From: a virus
Lineage: Duplodnaviria; Caudoviricetes
Length of the DNA: 64,000 nucleotides
Strand: one strand, 5' to 3'
Virus record (IMG/VR): IMGVR_UViG_3300038524_000024
Span: 1 to 64,000 of that record
Below are positions 9,694-17,899 of this stretch, one piece after another (the first letter of the stretch is position 1; the number at the start of each line of letters is the position of its first letter). Made by a program: the position numbers and the translations under genes. The notes beneath the pieces were generated by a model. That model was not told the origin of the DNA, ran no database searches, and saw nothing but the letters and a program-made list of their open reading frames with translations.

Positions 9694-9966
9694 ATGGTTG
9701 AAACTTTATCTAAAATGGATTGGAAAATTATTACAATTGCTTTGCTTTCTTGGGCTTTGGCGTTGGAAATTATTGCCAATATTAGTAACAGGAGAGCACT
9801 AAAAACATTTATTGAGCAATTATTTATTACAAGGGGCGTTTTAGGGATGTATCGAGAAATATTTGGTTTTCCAACAGATGAACAAATTCAAAATGCCATG
9901 TTGAAAATCGAAGCAGTCAAAAACCAAACCCAAAACAAGGTAGACAATGACGATACGCCTAAATAA
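9694..9966 (+). CDS. Small membrane-anchored protein
   Basis: N-terminal hydrophobic helix; AGGAG RBS. Confidence 0.6.
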   Translation: MVETLSKMDWKIITIALLSWALALEIIANISNRRALKTFIEQLFITRGVLGMYREIFGFPTDEQIQNAMLKIEAVKNQTQNKVDNDDTPK

Positions 9967-10623
9967 TTCAAATAACATGGACATTTTTTTTGAGAAAGAA
10001 GCAGATGTAATCTATGCTGATTACATGTATCAAGATAAAGATTTTACGTGGATAGACAAGTTTTGGTATTGGTTGAAGCCAAATTCTGGTATATTTATTG
10101 CTCAAACGGATGATAGCACAATAGCAGAAGTGAAACTAAAATTAGACTCAATGAAAAATGCAAACAAAATTAATATCTGCATTTATAAACAGGAGTGGGG
10201 AGGAAAGCCAAAAAAGGGTTTTCCTAATAAACATGATTATATCATTATATATTCAAACGGTTCAGATTGGAAGTGGTATGCAGACCGTATTCAAATACCT
10301 AAAAAACTCTTACAACCAAATTTAATCCTTCTGGAAGAACAACTAAGACGCCATGTTCTGTGTGGGATGATTTAGGTAACTTTTCTACAATGAGTAAGGA
10401 ACGTGTAAAATTTGCTAATGGAAAAAATTTGCCATATCAAAAACCATTTAAAATGTTTGATAGACTGTTATTGCCATTTACAGATGAGGGTGATTTTGTG
10501 CTTGATTTATTTGCCGGAAGTGGAAGCGTTGGTGCTTGGTGCAAGAATAATAATAGAGATTACTTAGGAATAGAATATAATACTGAAATATATAATATTG
10601 CTAAAGAAAGGTTGGGGTTATAA
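9947..10623 (+). pseudogene. Beta-class N6/N4 DNA methyltransferase split by a frameshift at an A6 tract (10301-10306)
   Basis: N-part has YADYMY (variant of DPPY); C-part has QKP and VLDLFAGSGS; one extra A gives the continuous PKKTLTTKFNPSG...SVWDD. Confidence 0.75.
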
Positions 10624-10943
10624 TGGTACACGATATAACTAAATCTACTACTGTGGTAAATATCAAGGGAAAGCTTAAGGATATGGATTATGATGTATAT
10701 ATTGGTCGTGGTTCAATCTGGGGCAATCCTTTTATTATCGGAATTGATGGTGATAGAGAAGAAGTTATTGAAAAATATCATCAATATTTTTTGCATCAAC
10801 CAAAATTAATTGCTCAGGTATCTAAATTAAAGGGACAAAGATTGGGCTGTTTTTGCAAACCAGAAGCATGTCATGGTGATATTCTTGCATATTATGCAGA
10901 TTATGGGCTTGACAAAGGTTTATATATGAGTTATAATCATTGA
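10623..10943 (+). CDS. DUF4326-family protein
   Basis: YIGRGSIWGNPF...LGCFCKPEACHGDIL. Confidence 0.85.
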   Translation: MVHDITKSTTVVNIKGKLKDMDYDVYIGRGSIWGNPFIIGIDGDREEVIEKYHQYFLHQPKLIAQVSKLKGQRLGCFCKPEACHGDILAYYADYGLDKGLYMSYNH

Positions 10944-10950
10944 AAAGATT

Positions 10951-11022
10951 GCTTCGGTAGCTCAATGGCAGAGTAACGGTCTTATATGCCGCACGTTGAA
11001 GGTTCAACTCCTTCCCGAAGCA
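10951..11022 (+). tRNA. tRNA-Ile(UAU)
   Basis: Acceptor GCTTCGG/CCGAAGC; anticodon loop CTTATAT; T arm GAAGG-TTCAACT-CCTTC; promoter at 10909-10937. Confidence 0.8.
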
Positions 11023-11024
11023 CT

Positions 11025-11100
11025 AAAATCTATATAACAGAAATGCTTTTATAGACAACGAAAATCTGTATAACAGAAATGCTTTTATAAACAACGAAAA
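11025..11100 (+). repeat. 36-bp imperfect tandem duplication
   Basis: AAAATCTRTATAACAGAAATGCTTTTATARACAACG twice. Confidence 0.85.
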
Positions 11101-11108
11101 GGAGAAAA

Positions 11109-11951
11109 ATGACACATTTTACATTATTAGTAACAAAAGTAAATAAGGTAAGTATTGGAAAGCAATTAGAGCCATTTGCTGAGTATTTGGAGGTTGAGGA
11201 ATATATGATGGAAACAAAATCTCAACTGCTTGAGAATGCAAAAAAAAGAATTAATGAAGATAGAAAGGTATATGAAGAATATTTCAAAGACCCAATTGAA
11301 TATGCTAAAAAAGCAAGTAAACATATGCTAAACTATATTGAAAACGAATTTCCAAAAAAACTTATGTGGACAGATGAAGAAATTTATCAAGACCGCATTA
11401 AATATTATGGAACAGATAAAAAAGAAGGTATATGGCTTGATGCCAATGGTAACCTGTGGACATCATATAATCCAGACTCTAAATATGATTGGTATGTTGT
11501 GGGTGGAAGGTGGAGTGGATATTTTGCTACAAAAGTTCCTAATAATGAATTACAACTAGGGGTTCCCGGAGTATTTGATAATGAGCCACGAGATGGTTAT
11601 GTTGACATTATTAAAGTAAAAGATATTGATTGGGAGCGTATGCAATTAGACGAAATTGAAGAGAGAAGTATCTATTTTGATGAACAACTTTCTTTGCCAG
11701 AAAAAGATAGGTTTGTATTCAATCCTTATTATAAGGTGGGCATGACAAAAGAAGAGTATGTTAATCGTCCATTTTCTAAGGCAACATTTGCGGTGTTACA
11801 TGACGGACAATGGCATGAGCGCGGAGAAATGGGTTGGTTTGCGCATGTTGCCAATGAAAAAGATGAAGACGCTTGGGAAAAAGAATTTGATATGTTAATT
11901 AAATCTCTCAACCAAAATGATGAGATTGCATTGGTTGACTGCCATATATAA
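11109..11951 (+). CDS. Conserved hypothetical phage protein
   Basis: YNPDSKYDWYVVGGRW and C-terminal VDCHI. Confidence 0.8.
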   Translation: MTHFTLLVTKVNKVSIGKQLEPFAEYLEVEEYMMETKSQLLENAKKRINEDRKVYEEYFKDPIEYAKKASKHMLNYIENEFPKKLMWTDEEIYQDRIKYYGTDKKEGIWLDANGNLWTSYNPDSKYDWYVVGGRWSGYFATKVPNNELQLGVPGVFDNEPRDGYVDIIKVKDIDWERMQLDEIEERSIYFDEQLSLPEKDRFVFNPYYKVGMTKEEYVNRPFSKATFAVLHDGQWHERGEMGWFAHVANEKDEDAWEKEFDMLIKSLNQNDEIALVDCHI

Positions 11952-12129
11952 CCAGAATTGCGTATAACCAAAAATTATACGCAATTATATTATAAATTAT
12001 AAGTAGGAATAAAAATGAAATTAGGTAAAGCACAAAGGAGAGACAAAAAAATATACAAAAACAAAATAAAAACTATATCTAAAAAAAATAAAAATACAAA
12101 AATTATTGAACCGGAGGATAGATTTAGAA

Positions 12130-12564
12130 ATGAGTAAACAAATGAATACATATGAAGACTTTAGATTAAGCAATTGGTTTACACAAACGCAACCAAGCAC
12201 ATGTCCAAAACGTACCATCAGTTATAAGTTTGATACTACTAATGACTATAGTTTTAGTGTTATTTATGACAGTATGCAACCAAAACCAAAACCAAAACTT
12301 GTCAAACTTGTAAATAACAACCCATATACCATTGCTTTTTGGAGTGACAATACACAAACACGAGCCACTTGCTTGCCAGAAGATATTTACTCACCACAAA
12401 AAGGGCTTTTTATTTGTAGGATGAAGAAAAAGTATGGTTCTTGGACTGCATACCAAGAAGCTAAAAAAAATAAACAAGCGGATAAAGAAGTTCGCAAATT
12501 ATTGAGAAAGATAGCACGTAAGATAGAACTAGAAAATGCTCTAGTTATTAATGTAAATAAGTAG
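12130..12564 (+). CDS. Hypothetical phage protein
   Basis: NNPYTIAFWSDNTQT; GGAGG RBS before ATG at 12130. Confidence 0.65.
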   Translation: MSKQMNTYEDFRLSNWFTQTQPSTCPKRTISYKFDTTNDYSFSVIYDSMQPKPKPKLVKLVNNNPYTIAFWSDNTQTRATCLPEDIYSPQKGLFICRMKKKYGSWTAYQEAKKNKQADKEVRKLLRKIARKIELENALVINVNK

Positions 12565-12637
12565 CCTATATTATAACGAATATTGCCCTTGACAGATTTA
12601 TTATAGCGTGTTATACTTTATATTAAGGAGATAAAAC

Positions 12638-13525
12638 ATGGAAAAAAGATATAATATAACCGAATTGAATGACTATCTTGATAGTTTAAGGGACAAGTCA
12701 ATTCACACAATTAGAATGTACAGAACCGCTATTGATAAATTTGTTATTGGCACAAATATTAAAACGTTTGATGATATCAAAAATATTACCGTCAGAGATG
12801 CCGATAAATATCAAAGATTTTTGCAAGAAACGTTGAGCGCATCGTCGGTAAATTCAAATATACGACCTGTCAATGCAATGTATAACTGGCTTATTGCAAG
12901 AGAATATTTAGACCGCAATCCATTTTCAAGAATAAAATCCATAAAAGAAAATGAAAAAGTACAGGCATTTTTAAGTAATCAAGAAATGATTTCTATGGTC
13001 AGCCACGCACAGGACACAGAAGAAAAGTTAATGCTACTAATGTTATTACAATTGGGTTTGAGACGGTCAGAATTGACCGGAATTAGTGTTGATGATGTTG
13101 CCACAAGAACGCATATCGTTATTAACGGCAAAGGTGGAAAACAACGTCTTTTAGCCCTTCATAGTGACATTGTAGGCGTATTGAATAGGTGGATTGCTAT
13201 TCGTAACCAAAGATTTCCAGCAACTAATTTGAAGTGGCTTTTTATTTCTAGGGTTGGTGGAAGATATTCTGGTGATACCATCAGAAGGCGTATTAAAGCT
13301 ATTATGACACGTGCTGGATTTTCAGAGACAAGGATTAATGAAATTCATACTCATAGTCTTAGGCATACCTTTACGGCAAACCTATTTGAGGGAGGTGCTG
13401 ACATTTATGTTGCACAACAATTGCTTGGTCATAGTGATATTAATACAACAAGACGTTATGCTCACCTACGAGACAACGTAAGAGATAACGCAGTTTTACA
13501 ACAAAAAAGTATTTTAGGGAAATAA
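12638..13525 (+). CDS. Tyrosine recombinase, XerC/D-like
   Basis: GLRRSEL, GKGGKQR, HSLRH, LLGHS, TRRY; promoter at 12589-12617. Confidence 0.93.
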   Translation: MEKRYNITELNDYLDSLRDKSIHTIRMYRTAIDKFVIGTNIKTFDDIKNITVRDADKYQRFLQETLSASSVNSNIRPVNAMYNWLIAREYLDRNPFSRIKSIKENEKVQAFLSNQEMISMVSHAQDTEEKLMLLMLLQLGLRRSELTGISVDDVATRTHIVINGKGGKQRLLALHSDIVGVLNRWIAIRNQRFPATNLKWLFISRVGGRYSGDTIRRRIKAIMTRAGFSETRINEIHTHSLRHTFTANLFEGGADIYVAQQLLGHSDINTTRRYAHLRDNVRDNAVLQQKSILGK

Positions 13526-13575
13526 TGTCTTGTGGCAATTAAAATAGATTCTTACACGAATCTTATAATTGCTAC

Positions 13576-13604
13576 TTGACAAACTAAAAATAATGTGCTA
13601 TCAT
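13576..13604 (+). promoter_or_regulatory. sigma70-type promoter for the ACAGCAA-RNA/DUF2828 unit
   Basis: TTGACA-N17-TATCAT with extended TG; predicted start near 13611, the first base of RNA copy 1. Confidence 0.8.
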
Positions 13605-13610
13605 TGAACT

Positions 13611-13658
13611 ATGATACAAACAGCAACCAAAATGACATGGAATTGTAATCGTATCGTG
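13611..13658 (+). ncRNA. ACAGCAA stem-loop RNA, copy 1
   Basis: ATGATAC-AA-ACAGCAA...GTATCGT-G. Confidence 0.65.
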
Positions 13659-13660
13659 TG

Positions 13661-13718
13661 AAGACTCGTACAGCAATTAAAAAACCTTATTCTGCTAAAA
13701 TAATGAGTTTGAGTCTTG
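13661..13718 (+). ncRNA. ACAGCAA stem-loop RNA, copy 2, with anticodon-like hairpin
   Basis: AAGACTC-GT-ACAGCAA...TTATT-CTGCTAA-AATAA...GAGTCTT-G. Confidence 0.7.
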
Positions 13719-13739
13719 TAAAATAAAAAGGAGAATACA

Positions 13740-15236
13740 ATGAAGTTTACTGAAGCTATAGAAAAATCACTAGAAAAAGATAGTAAATTTACCAAAACCG
13801 AAAACAACGGTAAACAATTTGCAACTACCAATAGTGCATTGGTAGATTTATTTGCGACCATTGGAGCATTACGCAACAAATCCAATGATGAGATTGAAAG
13901 TGCATTTGCAGAAGCCTATGTAGAAAGCCCATTGCTGGCTACAAGAATGGCTTTTTATGCGCGTGATATTCGGCACGGTGGATTGGGGGAACGAAGGATT
14001 TTTCGTACTATTATTAGTCTTTTAGGTCAATATGACCCAGCCACCATTGCACTCAACATAGACTTAATTCCATATTTTGGGCGTTTCGATGATTTATTTT
14101 CTTTAGTTGGAACAAAGTCCGAAAGTGAAATGTGGGAATATATTAGTTCAACATTAGTAAATGACCTGCTTGATATGCACAATGGATATTCAATTACTCA
14201 GTTGGCTAAATGGATGCCAAGTATCAACACCTCATCCAAAGCAACACGTAGCCTTGCTAAACTATGCGCAAAGCATTTATCTATGACCGATAGGACATAT
14301 CGTAAGACATTGAGTGAGCTAAGAAGTTATATTGATATCGTAGAACGCAAAATGAGTAATAACAGATGGGATGAAATCAATTACCCAACAGTCCCATCTA
14401 AGGCTATGATGACATATCAACGTGCTTTTGCAAAACATAGCCCAGAAAGATTTGTAGAATATATTACAAAAGTAACCAATGGAACAGAAAAAATTAACGC
14501 CACAACCTTATATCCATATGATATAGTAAGAGACTATGGATTTAGATTTGATACAGATGCTAGGTTTCAATATCATACTGCTACCGATGCTTTTGATGCA
14601 GTGCTTGAAGAACAATGGAAAGCATTGCCAAATTATGTATCTGGTAACCATAATGTTTTAGTAATGGCTGATACCTCTGGTTCGATGGGTGGATTACCTC
14701 TTCAAATTGCAATTGGACTAGCGGTGTATTTCGCAGAACGTAATACTGGTGAATATAAAGACTTATTTCTAACGTTTTCTAATCAACCAGAGTACGTAAA
14801 ACTATCTGGAAAAACGCTCAAGGACAAATTGTCTGGTATCAAATCAATTGTTGCGAATACCAACATTGAAAAAGCATTTGATTTGATTCTGCAAACTGCT
14901 CTTGACAATGACGTTCCACAATTGGAAATGCCAAAAAGTCTGGTTGTTATTACTGACATGGAATTTGATGAATCCACTGATGGCAACCGTTCATATAAAA
15001 CAGCAAAGAAAAAATTCCAAAACGCTGGATATGAATTACCGACCGTAATATTTTGGAACGTCGCACAAAGAACTACTGGTTTTCAAGTACGTGCAGATAC
15101 AGACAACGTACTTTTGGTTAGTGGTAGTTCTGCTGGAACATTCAAGAACATACTAAACAACATTGGAACAACACCGTATGAATTTATGATTGAAACATTG
15201 AATAGTGAGCCATATAACCAAATTAATTTAGCATAG
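13740..15236 (+). CDS. DUF2828-family protein (TROVE/Ro60-like helical domain + vWA)
   Basis: TENNG, LVDLF, RDIRHGGLGERRIF, AKWMPS, INATTLYPYDIV; MIDAS residues DTSGSM, NTN, ITDMEFD; IFWNV. Confidence 0.85.
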   Translation: MKFTEAIEKSLEKDSKFTKTENNGKQFATTNSALVDLFATIGALRNKSNDEIESAFAEAYVESPLLATRMAFYARDIRHGGLGERRIFRTIISLLGQYDPATIALNIDLIPYFGRFDDLFSLVGTKSESEMWEYISSTLVNDLLDMHNGYSITQLAKWMPSINTSSKATRSLAKLCAKHLSMTDRTYRKTLSELRSYIDIVERKMSNNRWDEINYPTVPSKAMMTYQRAFAKHSPERFVEYITKVTNGTEKINATTLYPYDIVRDYGFRFDTDARFQYHTATDAFDAVLEEQWKALPNYVSGNHNVLVMADTSGSMGGLPLQIAIGLAVYFAERNTGEYKDLFLTFSNQPEYVKLSGKTLKDKLSGIKSIVANTNIEKAFDLILQTALDNDVPQLEMPKSLVVITDMEFDESTDGNRSYKTAKKKFQNAGYELPTVIFWNVAQRTTGFQVRADTDNVLLVSGSSAGTFKNILNNIGTTPYEFMIETLNSEPYNQINLA

Positions 15237-15266
15237 TACATTAATAATAGAATATAACTAAGTTTA

Positions 15267-15341
15267 ACGACACTCACAGCAATTCAATTCTTAACTCCAA
15301 AGCATAATATAATGCTTAATTTCAAGAAATTTAGTGTCGTG
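15267..15341 (+). ncRNA. ACAGCAA stem-loop RNA, copy 3
   Basis: ACGACAC-TC-ACAGCAA...GTGTCGT-G, directly before tRNA-Met. Confidence 0.7.
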
Positions 15342-15349
15342 TATAATAC

Positions 15350-15420
15350 TGCGGGTGGTAGGTCGGTATCTTGAGATGCTCATAACCTCTTAAAAACAGA
15401 TTCAACTTCTGTACCCGCTA
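15350..15420 (+). tRNA. tRNA-Met(CAU), initiator-like but divergent
   Basis: TGCGGGT/ACCCGCT with 1:72 mismatch; loop CTCATAA; T arm ACAGA-TTCAACT-TCTGT; lacks the three consecutive G-C anticodon-stem pairs. Confidence 0.7.
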
Positions 15421-15600
15421 ACTTGAATTTTTGAACTATGTCAAAAATTCTTGATTTTCATGTGAGGGGGAAAGTTCTCCTTTCTGTTGGGCATAGCTTA
15501 GGGTTTGTTGCTTCTGAGGGGGTGGTTTCCCCGAATAAATATCAGATAAAACCCAAAGAATATGTTGATAAGATAATAATATGTATAAAATTGGAGAAAA

Positions 15601-15981
15601 ATGAAAAAGTTTTTTATTGCAATAATTGTTTTTATGTTTTTGATTGCAGGGTGCGCAACACAGGCAGATGTGGCTTCACAAAATTTATCTAGGTCTGCCG
15701 ATAGTTTTGAAATCACTAGGCGAATCGTGTTTTATAATGGTATCAATGGCGATTACATCCTTCAAATCGAAGGATTATGTTCTCTTGGAAATTATGACGC
15801 GTCGGGCGAATTATCTGTGACTTGTAAGACCAGTCCAACAGAATTTAAGAAGCATTATCTTGGGTTATCTGACAATGTAACCTATTTCGCAGAGCAAATC
15901 GACTCGGCTTCTGTTAGTACTTATCATTATCGAGTTATTTTTAAGCCATCTACTATTATACCAGACATTGATTTACAGTAA
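15601..15981 (+). CDS. Phage lipoprotein
   Basis: Signal peptide with lipobox IAGC; SADSFEITRRIVFYNGI motif. Confidence 0.85.
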   Translation: MKKFFIAIIVFMFLIAGCATQADVASQNLSRSADSFEITRRIVFYNGINGDYILQIEGLCSLGNYDASGELSVTCKTSPTEFKKHYLGLSDNVTYFAEQIDSASVSTYHYRVIFKPSTIIPDIDLQ

Positions 15982-16034
15982 GAAATTTGTAAATCAAATT
16001 TGGAAATAATGGTAGCAACTAGATTGGAAGTCTT

Positions 16035-16205
16035 ATGTTAGTAGAACTACTTATTATTTTATTGGTTTTGGCAATTGTGTTTTATATCTTTACAAAATAT
16101 ATGTCACCTCCCATTCCCGCCCCTTGGGGTAATTGGGCAACTGTAATTTTAGCAATTATTGTAATTGTCTTTTTGTTAAACCTTTTTCTTGGATTAGGTC
16201 TTTAA
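16035..16205 (+). CDS. Small two-TM membrane protein (not in ORF track)
   Basis: MLVELLIILLVLAIVFY...PIPAPW...LLNLFLGLGL. Confidence 0.6.
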   Translation: MLVELLIILLVLAIVFYIFTKYMSPPIPAPWGNWATVILAIIVIVFLLNLFLGLGL

Positions 16206-16218
16206 TATATCAATAGAT

Positions 16219-16292
16219 AGGTAGATAGCTCAGTTGGTTAGAGCGCATCTTTTACACAGATGAGGTCGCAGGTTCGAGCCCTGTTCTGCCTA
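16219..16292 (+). tRNA. tRNA-Val(UAC)
   Basis: Canonical cloverleaf; CATCT-TTTACAC-AGATG; GGTTCGAGCCC. Confidence 0.93.
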
Positions 16293-16385
16293 ATTGATAA
16301 GTAGAAGTTTTTGTGTACATTAACAACGCCCGAATAACATAGTTGCCACTTGACAAATTTATAAAAGTGTGGTATAATTCTAATA

Positions 16386-16470
16386 TAGAAAGAGATAGGT
16401 TTCTCTCGCGAAGAAAGCCGACAAGTGGCTCTGCACTTCTCTTTCTAAAATAATCAGAGAGCAGAGGAGA
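16386..16470 (+). promoter_or_regulatory. Structured 5' leader of HNH endonuclease gene
   Basis: Stem TAGAAAGAG/CTCTTTCTA enclosing ATAGG...CGAAGA and a hairpin with CTCTGC complementary to GCAGAG at the RBS; promoter at 16350-16378. Confidence 0.55.
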
Positions 16471-16473
16471 AAT

Positions 16474-17217
16474 ATGGAGACAAGAAAAGAAAAGATTTTA
16501 TCATTAGGTAAAAAACACTTTAACAACGTAATAGCGCAGTCTGCGAGTATAAAAGATGTTTTTAATATGTATGGATTTAATCTAAACGGGCATGGAAGAG
16601 GTAAAATTATTCATGATATAGCAGAAGAATGGGGTATCTCGATAGATTATGGAAAAAATAGAAGCACATCAAAAATATTTAATTGCACAAAATGTGGAAA
16701 AGAAATTAAAGTAACACAAGCAAGATTGAAAAATAGTAAAAGCGGACTATTTTTTTGTAGTAGAAAATGTAAAGATTCGGAAAGCATCTGCGGAGGAAAA
16801 ATTGCCCTTAATTTTTACGGAGACGCTATACAAAAAAATTGTTTATATTGTGGGAAAAAAATAGAGACAAGAGTAAAAGAAAGAGTTTTTTGTAGCAAAA
16901 GTTGTTATATGTTGCATAAGAAAGAAAAGGAGGAGGAGGCAAGATTAAAGATTATTGACGATTGGAAAAGAGGAATTCATAAACCAGAATTGCTTCATCC
17001 AGCAATAAGAAACTATCTCATTGATATTCGTAATAATAAATGTGATGTATGTGGGAATAACGAATGGAACGGAAAACAAATTCCTTTGGAAATACATCAC
17101 ATAGATGGAAATGCCACTAATCAATCTAAAGATAATTTGCAGGTATTGTGCTTAAATTGCCACGGGCAAACAAAGAATTATAAAAGTAAAAATGAAAAAA
17201 GAATAAGAAGAATTTAG
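16474..17217 (+). CDS. Free-standing HNH homing endonuclease with Zn-binding repeats
   Basis: CxxC..FCSxxC repeats; LEIHHIDGN...NLQVLCLNCH. Confidence 0.9.
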   Translation: METRKEKILSLGKKHFNNVIAQSASIKDVFNMYGFNLNGHGRGKIIHDIAEEWGISIDYGKNRSTSKIFNCTKCGKEIKVTQARLKNSKSGLFFCSRKCKDSESICGGKIALNFYGDAIQKNCLYCGKKIETRVKERVFCSKSCYMLHKKEKEEEARLKIIDDWKRGIHKPELLHPAIRNYLIDIRNNKCDVCGNNEWNGKQIPLEIHHIDGNATNQSKDNLQVLCLNCHGQTKNYKSKNEKRIRRI

Positions 17218-17229
17218 TACTTTGACATC

Positions 17230-17302
17230 GCCAAAGTAACACAATTAGATAGTGTGCTCGCCTTGTAAGCGAGAGATTTCGAGGCAGATTCGAACTTTGG
17301 CT
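17230..17302 (+). tRNA. tRNA-Thr(UGU) with atypical T loop
   Basis: GCCAAAG/CTTTGGC; CTCGC-CTTGTAA-GCGAG; T loop GGCAGAT. Confidence 0.75.
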
Positions 17303-17306
17303 CAAT

Positions 17307-17515
17307 AGGAGTAGCTCTCCTAGAAATGGTTAGAGTGTGCGTAATCGAGAGATGAGATGTCCGGATGCAGTGGTAAACTAACCTCCACGATAGTGTCCCC
17401 TCCTCGCCTGCTACGTTGTCCGTCATCGTGAGTTCTCTGTAAGCATATGGATGTTGTATGAGCTAGGTATCATAAGCAGTCGAATTACAGGAAGTAATGC
17501 AGGTTGCGCACACAC
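17307..17515 (+). ncRNA. Putative structured ncRNA of about 200 nt
   Basis: 12-bp closing stem GTGTGCGTAATC/GGTTGCGCACAC, internal hairpins, GGTTAG/CTAACC possible pseudoknot. Confidence 0.45.
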
Positions 17516-17537
17516 AACAAATAATTTCTGGAGGAAT

Positions 17538-17735
17538 ATGGGCAGAAGATTTGTTAATGAAAGAATGAGGAAAACACATGTTCCGGGCTACTGCTTTATG
17601 TGGGTATCTGCTCATAATGGAAAATATTGGAAACGAAAAATGCACAAAGCAAGACGCAGGGCTTGGAAACAATATGGTATAGAAGGTATGCCAGACAACG
17701 TATACGAGTCGTATTGTAATTGGAAAGGTTGGTAA
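17538..17735 (+). CDS. Small basic protein
   Basis: GGAGG RBS; MGRRF...KRKMHKARRR. Confidence 0.6.
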   Translation: MGRRFVNERMRKTHVPGYCFMWVSAHNGKYWKRKMHKARRRAWKQYGIEGMPDNVYESYCNWKGW

Positions 17736-17736
17736 C

Positions 17737-17811
17737 GGGGCTGACGAGGGTCGCCACTTGCGTCACCTAAACGCCGCAGGTGTAATCCGGATGCAACTTC
17801 CGGCAGCTCCA
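17737..17811 (+). ncRNA. Mini RNA resembling the tRNA-like domain of tmRNA
   Basis: GGGGCTG/CAGCTCC-A with G3.U70; no D stem; 8-bp stem with 12-nt loop; T arm CCGGA-TGCAACT-TCCGG. Confidence 0.65.
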
Positions 17812-17814
17812 CAA

Positions 17815-17897
17815 GGGTGTAATGGTATCTGGGATAATACCGCCTGACTGTAAATCAGGTGCCAACGGCTTTGGTGGTTCGAATCCATCTGCACTCA
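17815..17897 (+). tRNA. tRNA-Tyr(GUA)
   Basis: CCTGA-CTGTAAA-TCAGG; long variable arm; GGTTCGAATCC. Confidence 0.9.
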
Positions 17898-17899
17898 CT

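Noticed and set aside
13530-13575. attP or dif site next to the recombinase
   Set aside because: Only an imperfect hairpin, with no clear dif match and no prophage boundary in the window
15438-15716. ORFs 15438-15692 (+) and 15498-15716 (-)
   Set aside because: Shadows of the lipoprotein gene at 15601
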